A stretch of 63,683 nucleotides of DNA, the filler included, from an uncultured bacterium (GTDB taxonomy: Bacteria > CAYJRR01): assembly GCA_964372275.1 (NCBI GenBank). It is 3 parts of 3 records of this genome, joined end to end, with 100 filler letters (N's around TTAATTAATTAA, not from the genome) between each part and the next. Parts side by side here need not be neighbours in the genome. Positions count along the whole stretch, not along the records: positions 1 to 23,527 come from CAYJRR010000073.1; 2 more parts are not named here. One strand, 5' to 3'. The notes below the pieces were generated by a model that was not told the origin of the DNA, ran no database searches, and saw nothing but the letters and a program-made list of their open reading frames with translations. A program made the position numbers and the translations under genes. Positions 9,698-20,421 of this stretch are shown one piece after another (position 1 is the first letter of the stretch; every line of letters starts with the position of its first letter).

Positions 9698-10734
9698 GGG
9701 GCCCCCGTCACGAACTTGATCTCCACCCGCCGATTGGCCTTGCGCCCGGCCGCCGTGTCGTTCGGTCCGACCTGGGCCGAATCGCCGAGCGACTTCGCGA
9801 GCAGCCGCGTCCCTTCGACCTTCTCGGCCTTGAGCGCGGCGGCGACCGCCTCCGCCCGTGCCAGGGCCCGGTTGATCGCCTGCTCCTCCGTCTGTCCCGC
9901 GTCCTTCGGCGAGTGGCCCTCGAGGACGACCGTCAGGTCGGGATTGGCCTTGAGGACCTCCGCGACCTCCTTCACCAGCGTCTTCGCGGCGGCGGAGAGT
10001 GTGTTCGCCGCGGAGTCGAACTGGACGGTGCGCGGCGCCGAGATGTCGACGGAGACCGTCTGCCCCTTGCTCGAGTAGGTCCGGCTGGTGCCGGCGGGCG
10101 GTGCCGCCACCGCGACCGTCCCCGCGCTCGGTTCGGGAGTCGCCGCCAGGGGCGCGATCGACAGGGCGGGGCAGGAGGGACCGACGTCGCCGCTGAACGA
10201 CAGCGACGAGAGCGCCGAGCGGACCGCCTTGTCGGCGAGGCTCGACATCGGCTCGCGGCGTGCGCGCGACGAGGCGCGGCCGTAGCCTCGCCACACGGTG
10301 AGACGACTCGCGGTATCGACCAACGAGAGCGAGACGGCCACCGAGGCCTCGCCCCGCGGGCTCTGCGAGCGGTCGTGGTACTCGACCAGCGCACCGTCGA
10401 GCACGCTGCCGGCGCCCAGCGCGCGCCCGACCGCCGCGACGGTCAGCGGATCGCGCGCCTTCGGCATCACGATCTGTCGGACCTTCAGGTAGGAAGCGAT
10501 CTCCTCGCGGCCCAGGACGGCGGTCGCGCCTCGATCCCGTAGGGCCATCGCCGCCAGGTCGGCGGTGGCGCGCCCGGCATCCGGCGACGAGGGGAGCGGG
10601 AGGAAGTCGACGACGCCGATGCACGCCGGGGTCACCGGTGCGGCGCTGTCGGCGGCCCACGCCGCGAACGACAGGAGCAGGAGCGTGGCGCCGACGGCGG
10701 ACGCGTCGATGCAACGTCGGAGCGCCGGCCTCAT
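9694..10734 (-). CDS. PelC/CsgG/DUF799-like domain fused to OmpA_C peptidoglycan-binding domain
   Basis: N-domain VVDFLPL...LGAGSVLDGALVEY...VAVSLSLVDTASRLTVW; C-domain VQFDS, VLEGH, ALARAEAV, GRKANRRVEI. Confidence 0.78.
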   Translation of the reverse strand: MRPALRRCIDASAVGATLLLLSFAAWAADSAAPVTPACIGVVDFLPLPSSPDAGRATADLAAMALRDRGATAVLGREEIASYLKVRQIVMPKARDPLTVAAVGRALGAGSVLDGALVEYHDRSQSPRGEASVAVSLSLVDTASRLTVWRGYGRASSRARREPMSSLADKAVRSALSSLSFSGDVGPSCPALSIAPLAATPEPSAGTVAVAAPPAGTSRTYSSKGQTVSVDISAPRTVQFDSAANTLSAAAKTLVKEVAEVLKANPDLTVVLEGHSPKDAGQTEEQAINRALARAEAVAAALKAEKVEGTRLLAKSLGDSAQVGPNDTAAGRKANRRVEIKFVTGAP

Positions 10735-11300
10735 AGTGCCCCCGTCGGTGCGAGCGCGTCGGCGACCGTCGCGGCCAATCCTTGCGAGATGGCGCCCAGC
10801 CCGGCTTCGCTGGGTCCGAGACCCGGTGGACCGTAGAGCCGCTCCCGCCAGACGACGTTCCCGGTCTCGACGTTCATCAATTGCAGGTCGAGCGACACGA
10901 CCGGCGCCGGCAGACCGGCCTCGCGATCCAGATCGCGGAAGCCGAACTCCAGGACCTTGCCGAACAACGCGTAGCCCGCGCCGTTCGACGCCGCGGCATG
11001 GCGCAGCTCGACGTCGGAGGCGTTCCGCCCGACCGGAAGTGCGCCGTCGATCGAGTCCCCCAACGACAGACCGGCGTCGCGGAGCGACGCCTCGAGCAAC
11101 CGTCCCACCACTTCGTCGGCGTTCTCCTCGGCGGTGAGGTTCTCGAGCGGCGCGAGCACCAGCCGCCCTTCGACGGGGTAGCGTTGCCGCGGCTCCTGGG
11201 CGAGCAACGACGGTCCGGACGCGGGGAAGCAGGCGGTGGCCCACAACGCCATCACGGCCGGAGTCCACGTACGAAACGGTGAAGTCGGTCGGTCGATCAT
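10731..11300 (-). CDS. PelC-like (CsgG/LpoB/DUF799 fold) lipoprotein
   Basis: Lipobox-like LWATAC; LAPLENLT...YALFGKVLEF...PVVSLDLQLMNVETGNVVW. Confidence 0.7.
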   Translation of the reverse strand: MIDRPTSPFRTWTPAVMALWATACFPASGPSLLAQEPRQRYPVEGRLVLAPLENLTAEENADEVVGRLLEASLRDAGLSLGDSIDGALPVGRNASDVELRHAAASNGAGYALFGKVLEFGFRDLDREAGLPAPVVSLDLQLMNVETGNVVWRERLYGPPGLGPSEAGLGAISQGLAATVADALAPTGAL

Positions 11301-12547
11301 CAGTCCCCTCGGTCGGTCCTGGACAGCGGGGTGAGCGGCAGCGGCCTCGACGGCGGCGGAGGCGGTCGATGGTCCGACGCCGACGCCGCGGACGCGGCCG
11401 ACGCGCTGCTGGCGACGGCCGACTGCTGCAGGCCGTCGAGGTAGGTCCGCAGCGCGGCTTTGGCCGCGGCGAGACCCGCCGGATCGACCGACGTCGTCGC
11501 CGATCCCGCCAGCACGTAGTCGTGCGCCCGCGCGATCTGGAGGTAGAAGGAGTCCTTCGCCTCGCGTCGAAGCTGCAGAAGCTTGAGCACCGGGCCTCCC
11601 GGCGAGGCGGTGAAGCTCACGTCGTGAAGGCCGGCCGCAAGGTCGACGGTGCCCAGCGACACGATCCCCGGGGCCTGACCGGCGCTTCCCGCCCCGGGGA
11701 CGCCGGCGTTCGGAAAGAGCTGCGCCCCGTCGAGGAGGACCATCGTCGGCGGCGGTCCCCCCAGGCCCGCCGCCAGGGTGTAGGTCCCGGCGTCCTTGAT
11801 CTCGATCCGGTGGGCGAGACGGCCGGCCTCCGATTTGCTGTCGACGATCGTCGCCGGCATCAGCGTCAGGTCGGCCGCGGGCAGCTCGTCCTCCCACCCG
11901 CCGAGTCGCACCAGGGTCGTCGCCAGGTCGCCGTAGTTGAGCGCCTTCTCCTCCTGCCATCCCTTGAGAGGGGACAGGGGTGACGCCGCCTCGGGAACGA
12001 GGGTCAGGCTCCCGATCGAACCCCCCGGCGCGATCGCCACCGCGATGTCGAGCCATCCGCCCGGTAGCCGGACGCCGTGGAGGTCGACCGCCTGGCCGTC
12101 GTCTCCGTTGTTGGCCGACCGGGTGGTGTGCGTGCCGACGCTCACCAGGTGGGGGCCCCCCTTGCCCGAGACCCGCACGCTGTGACGTCCCGGCCGGCGG
12201 ACGAGCGTCCGAAAGACGACCGTTCCGGCGGCCGCCGCCGGGGCGGTCCAATCGCCGCCTCCCGACCGTGCGACCCCTTCGCTCGTCGCCACGGCCCGTC
12301 CGAATCCGGCCGTCGCCGGGCCGGCCCCGTGTCCCAACACCTCGAGCGCCGGCCGGTCGAGGCGCCGGACCCACTCGCCGAAGGCGAGCTTCGTCTCTCC
12401 CGGGCCGAGAAGGCCGAGCTCCGATCCCAGCGCGTTCATCCATTCGACCTGGGAGACCCCTTCCGCCGCGCGAACGCTGCGCGCGCGCAGGAGGGAGATC
12501 GCGGTCATCCCGAGGAGCAGTTCTCGACGGTGCAGGTTCGATCGCAT
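11300..12547 (-). CDS. Tat-exported hypothetical protein with two repeated helix + beta-sandwich units
   Basis: MRSNLHRRELL...VRA twin-arginine signal; similar segments AVDLHGVRLPGGWLDIAV and IVSLGTVDLAAGLHDVSF. Confidence 0.65.
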   Translation of the reverse strand: MRSNLHRRELLLGMTAISLLRARSVRAAEGVSQVEWMNALGSELGLLGPGETKLAFGEWVRRLDRPALEVLGHGAGPATAGFGRAVATSEGVARSGGGDWTAPAAAAGTVVFRTLVRRPGRHSVRVSGKGGPHLVSVGTHTTRSANNGDDGQAVDLHGVRLPGGWLDIAVAIAPGGSIGSLTLVPEAASPLSPLKGWQEEKALNYGDLATTLVRLGGWEDELPAADLTLMPATIVDSKSEAGRLAHRIEIKDAGTYTLAAGLGGPPPTMVLLDGAQLFPNAGVPGAGSAGQAPGIVSLGTVDLAAGLHDVSFTASPGGPVLKLLQLRREAKDSFYLQIARAHDYVLAGSATTSVDPAGLAAAKAALRTYLDGLQQSAVASSASAASAASASDHRPPPPPSRPLPLTPLSRTDRGD

Positions 12548-12556
12548 AGCCGCCGA

Positions 12557-12586
12557 AGGGTACCGTCGGCGGGGTCTAACCGTCAA
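12557..12586 (-). promoter_or_regulatory. Putative sigma70 promoter for the polysaccharide export cluster
   Basis: Minus strand TTGACG-N18-TACCCT, 9 nt before ATG 12547. Confidence 0.55.
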
Positions 12587-12628
12587 GGAGGTCGTTGGAT
12601 TTTCGAGGGAATCCGCTCCTAAAGCAGG

Positions 12629-15184
<2,556 letters not shown>

Positions 15185-15194
15185 GGACGTGACG

Positions 15195-16535
15195 CTAGGG
15201 CGCGGGGTCGGAAGGATCAAGGGGGACGACCACCGAAACGCCGTGGTCGTTGCGCCAGAGGAAGAGGTGGACCCCGTCGCGGTCGTCGCGGCGATCGAGG
15301 AGGATCCGCACGTCGTCGAGGTTTCCGACGTAGTCGATCCCCAGGACGACGAGCACGTCCCCGGTCCGTACCCCGGCCTTCTCGGCGCGGGAGCCGGACG
15401 GGACCTCGACGAAGCGGACGCCGTGCGGAACTTCGGCCAGCCAGGCGCCCCCCAGTGACACCCTCGATTCGTCCGGCGACGGCGCGGGGACCTCCTCGGC
15501 CGTGAGCCGGGTTCGGGTCACCGTCCCACGGCGGAGGTAGGTGATCGACAGCGTCTCGTGCACCGCGAGGTCGCGCACGGCGGCCGTCAGGTCGTCGTCC
15601 GAGGCGATCGATCGGCCGCGCAGCGTCTGGACGACGTCCCCCGAGCGGAGCCCCGCGCGGTCGGCCGGCCCCCCGGGGCGAACCGAGAGCACCTCGCAGC
15701 CGGCCGCCGTCGCGGGCCCGAGCACGAGCCCCAGCCATGCGCGCCCCGCCGCGCCGCGCCGGAGGATCTCGACGATGGCGCGCTTGGCCACGTCGATCGG
15801 AAGCGCGAAGCCGGCGCTCCGCGAGGTGGGGCTCATCGCCGTGGTCACGCCGATCACCGCGCCGTCGAGGTCGGTGAGCGGCCCGCCCGAGGACCCCGGT
15901 TCGAGCGGCGCGTCGGTCTGCAGGAAGCCGGAGCGGATCCCCGCCGCGCCGAACGCGGTGAGATCGAGGCGCCGGTCCTTCCCCGAGACGATCCCGCGGG
16001 TGATCGTCGGCTGCAGGCCGAGCCCCATCGCCAGGACCAGCACCGGATCCCCCGGGGCGACCGGCTCGCTCTTGCCCAGCGGCGCGGCACGCAGGACCTT
16101 GGGCCGAGGACCCGGCTCGGGCCCGGATTCGGGCCCCGGGGGCAGGACGCGGAGCACCGCCAGGTCGATCGCCGGATCGGCGCCCGCGACACGAGCCGGC
16201 ACGGTCGATCCGTCGGCGAAGCGGAGCCGGATGGCGTGGGCGTCGCGCACCACGTGGTGGCTGGTCAGCAGCAGTCCCGAGGGGTGGACGACGAACGCCG
16301 TCCCGAGCGCGTCGCCGCCCAGGCTGCCCTGGCGATGGGTGATCACCGCCGCCAGCGACGGGGCCACCCGCGCGAAGACGAGCGACTCGAGTGACGGCGC
16401 GCGCGTCGACGCCGGGGCTTCAACGTAGGGCGGCGACGGCGCCGGCGCATCGACCGGGGGGCTCCCCGGTGGCGCGGAGCCCGTCGCGCCGGCCGCCCCG
16501 ACGACGAGCCGAAGTCCGAGGGCGTGCGCGCGCAT
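15195..16535 (-). CDS. HtrA/DegP-like trypsin serine protease with two PDZ domains
   Basis: Triad LTSHHVV / IDLAVL / [18 protein letters not shown] segments [12 protein letters not shown] and [12 protein letters not shown]. Confidence 0.9.
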   Translation of the reverse strand: MRAHALGLRLVVGAAGATGSAPPGSPPVDAPAPSPPYVEAPASTRAPSLESLVFARVAPSLAAVITHRQGSLGGDALGTAFVVHPSGLLLTSHHVVRDAHAIRLRFADGSTVPARVAGADPAIDLAVLRVLPPGPESGPEPGPRPKVLRAAPLGKSEPVAPGDPVLVLAMGLGLQPTITRGIVSGKDRRLDLTAFGAAGIRSGFLQTDAPLEPGSSGGPLTDLDGAVIGVTTAMSPTSRSAGFALPIDVAKRAIVEILRRGAAGRAWLGLVLGPATAAGCEVLSVRPGGPADRAGLRSGDVVQTLRGRSIASDDDLTAAVRDLAVHETLSITYLRRGTVTRTRLTAEEVPAPSPDESRVSLGGAWLAEVPHGVRFVEVPSGSRAEKAGVRTGDVLVVLGIDYVGNLDDVRILLDRRDDRDGVHLFLWRNDHGVSVVVPLDPSDPAP

Positions 16536-16550
16536 CGGCCCCGGATACGA

Positions 16551-16835
16551 CTAGGCGTTTCCCGAGGGGGTGGCGGTCGCGGCGTTCGCCAGCGAGAGGT
16601 AGCGCATCCTCAGCTCGGCCAGCATCACGTCGAGGAGCCGCTGCTCGCCGTCGGTGAGATTTCCCGCCGTCTTCTCGCGAAGGAGACCCAGGATGTCGAT
16701 CGTCTGCTTGGCCTGGGGCAGGTCGACCTTCTTCTGGTTCGTCTCCGGGTGCGGGACCTCCCCGAGGTGGAGCAGGGCGGCCGTCGAAAGCGACATCAGG
16801 AACTGCTCGAAGGAAAGTGGTGGAAGATCGGTCAT
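16551..16835 (-). CDS. DUF1844 family protein
   Basis: FEQFLMSLSTAALLHLGEVPHP...AKQTIDILGLLREKTAGNL...ELRMRY. Confidence 0.88.
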   Translation of the reverse strand: MTDLPPLSFEQFLMSLSTAALLHLGEVPHPETNQKKVDLPQAKQTIDILGLLREKTAGNLTDGEQRLLDVMLAELRMRYLSLANAATATPSGNA

Positions 16836-16851
16836 CGAAAGGGCCTTTCTC

Positions 16852-17856
16852 CTATGGAATGTCGAACGTGCGCGCGAGGCCGGCGCGCGGATCGAGGGGA
16901 TGGGCGCGGTCGACCTCCTGCACCCGGCGTCGGCTTTCGGCATCCAGCTCCTTGGGGACGACGATCTGCAGTTGGACGTAGAGATCGCCCTTCGTTCCGT
17001 CGCGACGCGGGACCCCTTCGCCGGCGATGCGGAGTCGTTGGCCCCCTTGCGTCCCGGCCGGGATCTTGAGCCGGCGGAGCCCGCCGAGCGTCGGAACCTC
17101 GATCGTCGCGCCGAGCGCCACTTCGGCGAAGGTCACCGGAAGGTCGAAATGCAGGTCGTCGTCTTCGCGGCGGAGGACGTCGTGTGGAGCGATCTTCGCT
17201 TTCAGGTACAGATCGCCACGTGCCCCGCCCGGTTCCGCTTCGGCGCCGCGGCCGGGAATCTTGAGCCTGGTGCCGTCCTTCAATCCCGGCGGGATCTTGA
17301 GGTGGATCTGTTCGCGGCGGCCCTCGACGTCGACGGCGACGGCGCGAACGCCCCCCTTCACGGCGAGGAGGAACGGGATCTCGACCTCGACCTCCACGTC
17401 CCGGCCGGCGGCGGACTCTTTGCGCCGGCCGCGGCGCGTGCCGAACAGGTCGGCGAAGACCTCTTCGAATCCGCCGAAACCGAAACCACCGGTCGGCCCG
17501 CCGGCCGGCCGTCCGGCGCCGGGACGCGCCGTGCGCGTCTCGAAGTTGCGGAGGATCTCCGCCCACTCCGGCGTGCCGCCGAATCCGGCGCCGCGCGCCG
17601 CAGAGGCCCAGTCGATGTTGGGGGCGTCGGCCGTTCCGAAGCGGTCGTACTTCGAACGCTTTTCATCGTCTCCCAAGATCGAATAGGCCTCGGAAATGCG
17701 CTTGAAACGCTCCTCGGCCGCCTTGTTGCCGGGGTTCAGGTCCGGGTGGTACTTCCGGGCGAGCTTCTTGTACGCCTTCTTGATCTGCTCGGCGGTGGCG
17801 GTACGAGGTACTCCCAGCGTCTCGTAGTAGTCGTGAGAATTCCCGGATCTGGCCAA
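16852..17856 (-). CDS. Class B J-domain chaperone (DnaJ/CbpA-like, no Zn finger)
   Basis: DYYETLGV, LARKYHPD, G/F-rich region, C-terminal GDLY repeats. Confidence 0.95.
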   Translation of the reverse strand: MARSGNSHDYYETLGVPRTATAEQIKKAYKKLARKYHPDLNPGNKAAEERFKRISEAYSILGDDEKRSKYDRFGTADAPNIDWASAARGAGFGGTPEWAEILRNFETRTARPGAGRPAGGPTGGFGFGGFEEVFADLFGTRRGRRKESAAGRDVEVEVEIPFLLAVKGGVRAVAVDVEGRREQIHLKIPPGLKDGTRLKIPGRGAEAEPGGARGDLYLKAKIAPHDVLRREDDDLHFDLPVTFAEVALGATIEVPTLGGLRRLKIPAGTQGGQRLRIAGEGVPRRDGTKGDLYVQLQIVVPKELDAESRRRVQEVDRAHPLDPRAGLARTFDIP

Positions 17857-17936
17857 GAAGCTCTTTTCTCGCGAGGGGTTGTACGCCAGGAGGGGGCGTG
17901 CTCGCGGGTGGCAGCCCGGGGTTCGAGGCGACCTAA

Positions 17937-17969
17937 AACCTAGGGAAACGGCCCCCCCCTTGTCAAGGG
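17937..17969 (-). promoter_or_regulatory. Putative promoter of dnaJ operon with palindrome over the -35 box
   Basis: Minus strand TTGACA-N18-TAGGTT; perfect inverted repeat CCCTTG-T-CAAGGG at 17957-17969. Confidence 0.55.
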
Positions 17970-18052
17970 ACGGGACCTGAATTACCTAGAGGGTTGAATC
18001 GGTCCGCGCGTTCGGAGCATCGCAAGGGCCGTCAGGAGGTCGAACGGGCGCC

Positions 18053-18955
18053 ATGTCGTCGCTACCGGTTCCGGCGGACGGTCTCTCCCGCTACATGTCG
18101 GAGGTGCGTCGGTTTCCGCTGCTCTCCGCGGAGGAGGAGCAGCGTCTGGGCCGGATCGTCCACGACGGTCTGGACGAGCATGGCATTGCCGTCGACGACC
18201 ACGTCCGGCGCGAGGCGGCGAGTCGGCTCGTCACCGCCAACCTCCGCTTCGTGGTGAAGATCGCCCACGAGTACCGCCACTACGGGCTGTCGCTGATCGA
18301 CCTGATCCAGGAGGGGAACCTCGGCCTGATGCGGGCGGTGTCGAAGTTCAACCCGCACCGGGGATTCCGGCTCATCTCCTATGCCGTGTGGTGGATTCGC
18401 GCCACGATCCAGGCGTTCATCCTCCGCTCCTGGAGCCTGGTGAAGATCGGGACGACGCAGGCGCAGCGGAAGCTGTTCTACAAGCTGCGCGCGACCAAGC
18501 GGGAGCTCACGGTCGATGGCGAGGCGCCGACCACCGCGGAGTTGGCCTCGGCGCTCTCCGTCACCGAGGAGGAGATTGACGAGATGGACGCGCGCCTGGC
18601 CGCGCGCGACTTCTTCCTCGATGCGCAGATCGACGGCGACGGAGGCGCGACGACCTACCTCGAGATGCTTCCGTCGGCCGATCCCACCCAGGAGGAGTCG
18701 CTGGGGGAGGCCGAAGAGGGCGAGAGCCTCAAGTCGATCGCGGCCGAGGCGATGAAAGGGCTGACCGAGAAGGAGCGTTTCGTCCTCGAGCGCCGCGTCA
18801 TGGCCGACGAGCCGATGACGTTGCAAGAGATCGGCGACCGCTTCTCCATCTCCCGCGAGCGCGCCCGGCAGATCGAAGCGAACGCGATGAAGAAGATGCG
18901 CCGCGCGCTGGCCGAACACCGGCCGGCGCTGGCCGCGGTCGCGGCGGCTGGATAG
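18053..18955 (+). CDS. rpoH: RNA polymerase sigma-32 factor
   Basis: DLIQEGNLGLM, SYAVWWIRA, RpoH box TTQAQRKLFYKLR, region 4 TLQEIG...SRERARQIE; RBS AGGAGG. Confidence 0.93.
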   Translation: MSSLPVPADGLSRYMSEVRRFPLLSAEEEQRLGRIVHDGLDEHGIAVDDHVRREAASRLVTANLRFVVKIAHEYRHYGLSLIDLIQEGNLGLMRAVSKFNPHRGFRLISYAVWWIRATIQAFILRSWSLVKIGTTQAQRKLFYKLRATKRELTVDGEAPTTAELASALSVTEEEIDEMDARLAARDFFLDAQIDGDGGATTYLEMLPSADPTQEESLGEAEEGESLKSIAAEAMKGLTEKERFVLERRVMADEPMTLQEIGDRFSISRERARQIEANAMKKMRRALAEHRPALAAVAAAG

Positions 18956-19094
18956 CCGATCGGACACCTGCGTTCGCGCCAACCGCACCTCGGATCCGGG
19001 GGGCGCGGCCTCGTCATGCATTTCCCAGGGGAATCGGACGAGGCGGCGCCGGCATGTCGATTGCTCACCGCACGCGCGGTCGTCGGAGGCTCCC

Positions 19095-19577
19095 ATGCGC
19101 GCGGTGTCCCTTCTCCTGATCCCCTTATCGTTTTCGTTCACGGCGCGGGCCGCGTCGGTCACCGGCGTCGTCGACGCGGAGAGCCCGCGCTGGGTGATGC
19201 TCAACGTCGGGTTCAACGAGACCTACATCGTCACCGGGCCGCTGGCGAAGAAGGTCGCGGCGCTCGACGGGATGCGTCTCACCGTCGAGTTCGAGAAGCG
19301 GACGAAGGTTCCGGGTCGCGGCGAGCCCGGGATCGAGATCACCTCCTACAAACACGGGCGCACCGTGGTGACGATCGACCCGCCGGAGACACCGGCGGCG
19401 GGAGGCGGGACGGTCTCGATCGATCCCCCCGATGTGCCGATCCACGACGGACCGATGATCGTCACCCCGGCGGCGGCAGGCTCGAACGGCGACCGCGCCG
19501 ATGAGACCCGCCCCGAGCCGCCGCGCCGCCGCGCGCGCCGCGCCGGAGCGTCCAGCAGCGGCGGGACTCCCCGATAG
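19095..19577 (+). CDS. Small secreted hypothetical protein
   Basis: GGAGG RBS, signal peptide ..TARA-A, short beta-rich core, Pro/Arg tail. Confidence 0.55.
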   Translation: MRAVSLLLIPLSFSFTARAASVTGVVDAESPRWVMLNVGFNETYIVTGPLAKKVAALDGMRLTVEFEKRTKVPGRGEPGIEITSYKHGRTVVTIDPPETPAAGGGTVSIDPPDVPIHDGPMIVTPAAAGSNGDRADETRPEPPRRRARRAGASSSGGTPR

Positions 19578-19592
19578 CGCCGACCACGGCGG

Positions 19593-20390
19593 TCACGTCG
19601 GCGACGTCGCCGGTTTGCAGGCGGCGCGCGCGGAGTCGAGCTTCTGGCGCACGCCGTCGTTCTCCGCGGCGTCGGGATGGTGCTCCAGGAATCGCTCGAT
19701 CGCGCGCGCCGCGTCGCAGGGGCGATCCATGCGGCGGTAGACGGCGGCGAGATTGAACGGGATGTTTCGCAGGCGCGGTTCGTTCACGATCGACCGCTCA
19801 TAGTCGGCGGCGGCCTCGGCCAGGCGGCCGAGCTGCTCGTAGCAGATCCCTCGCCACCACGGGTAGTCCTTGTCGGCGGGATCGGACTCGATCAATCGCG
19901 TCGCCTCCTCGACCGCGAGGCTCCATTGCCCGAGCCGCTTGTGCGCGCCGTAGGTCACCCATCGAAGCCGCGGGTATTCGCCGCATTCCTGTAGGAAACG
20001 GTTCGCGCGCTCGATCGCCCCTCGCGCGTTGCCCGCTTCGAGCATCGACTCTCCCAGCTCGACGATCTGCGTCCGGTCGCACGGTTCGGCCTTCAGGCGT
20101 TTCTCCAGGGCGGCGATCCGCTCCGCGCGATCCCCGTAGTCGAACGGCGGCCGCCAGAAGACGGCGGCGACGACGGCGGCGACCCCCAGGCCGAAGACCG
20201 CCAGCGCGGCGAGCCCCGCGTTGCGGGCGGTCCGCTCGCGGTGGCGGGTCCGGAGCGTCTGCGCGCACGTCGGGCACGCGGGTTGGTAGCGTTCGAAGAG
20301 GAGGCAGGCGCCGCACAGTGGCGCGAGGCAGGCCGAGCAGCTCGCCACGGCGGCCGCCTCCGGGTGCGCGCGGCAGTGGGCGGTCGACAT
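19593..20390 (-). CDS. B-box-type Zn finger + TM + TPR protein
   Basis: CRAHPEAAAVASCSACLAPLCGAC...CPTC, one TM, TPR repeats. Confidence 0.8.
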   Translation of the reverse strand: MSTAHCRAHPEAAAVASCSACLAPLCGACLLFERYQPACPTCAQTLRTRHRERTARNAGLAALAVFGLGVAAVVAAVFWRPPFDYGDRAERIAALEKRLKAEPCDRTQIVELGESMLEAGNARGAIERANRFLQECGEYPRLRWVTYGAHKRLGQWSLAVEEATRLIESDPADKDYPWWRGICYEQLGRLAEAAADYERSIVNEPRLRNIPFNLAAVYRRMDRPCDAARAIERFLEHHPDAAENDGVRQKLDSARAACKPATSPT

Positions 20391-20421
20391 GCGGGGAGTG
20401 GATGCGCCCGGAGGGGCGGCG

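Noticed and set aside
9694-11300. A true pel operon
   Set aside because: No pelA, B, D, E, F or G-like genes in the window; the context is Wzc/OPX
12586-12620. Imperfect hairpin after clpB as an intrinsic terminator
   Set aside because: Bulged stem and no clear U-tract on the minus strand
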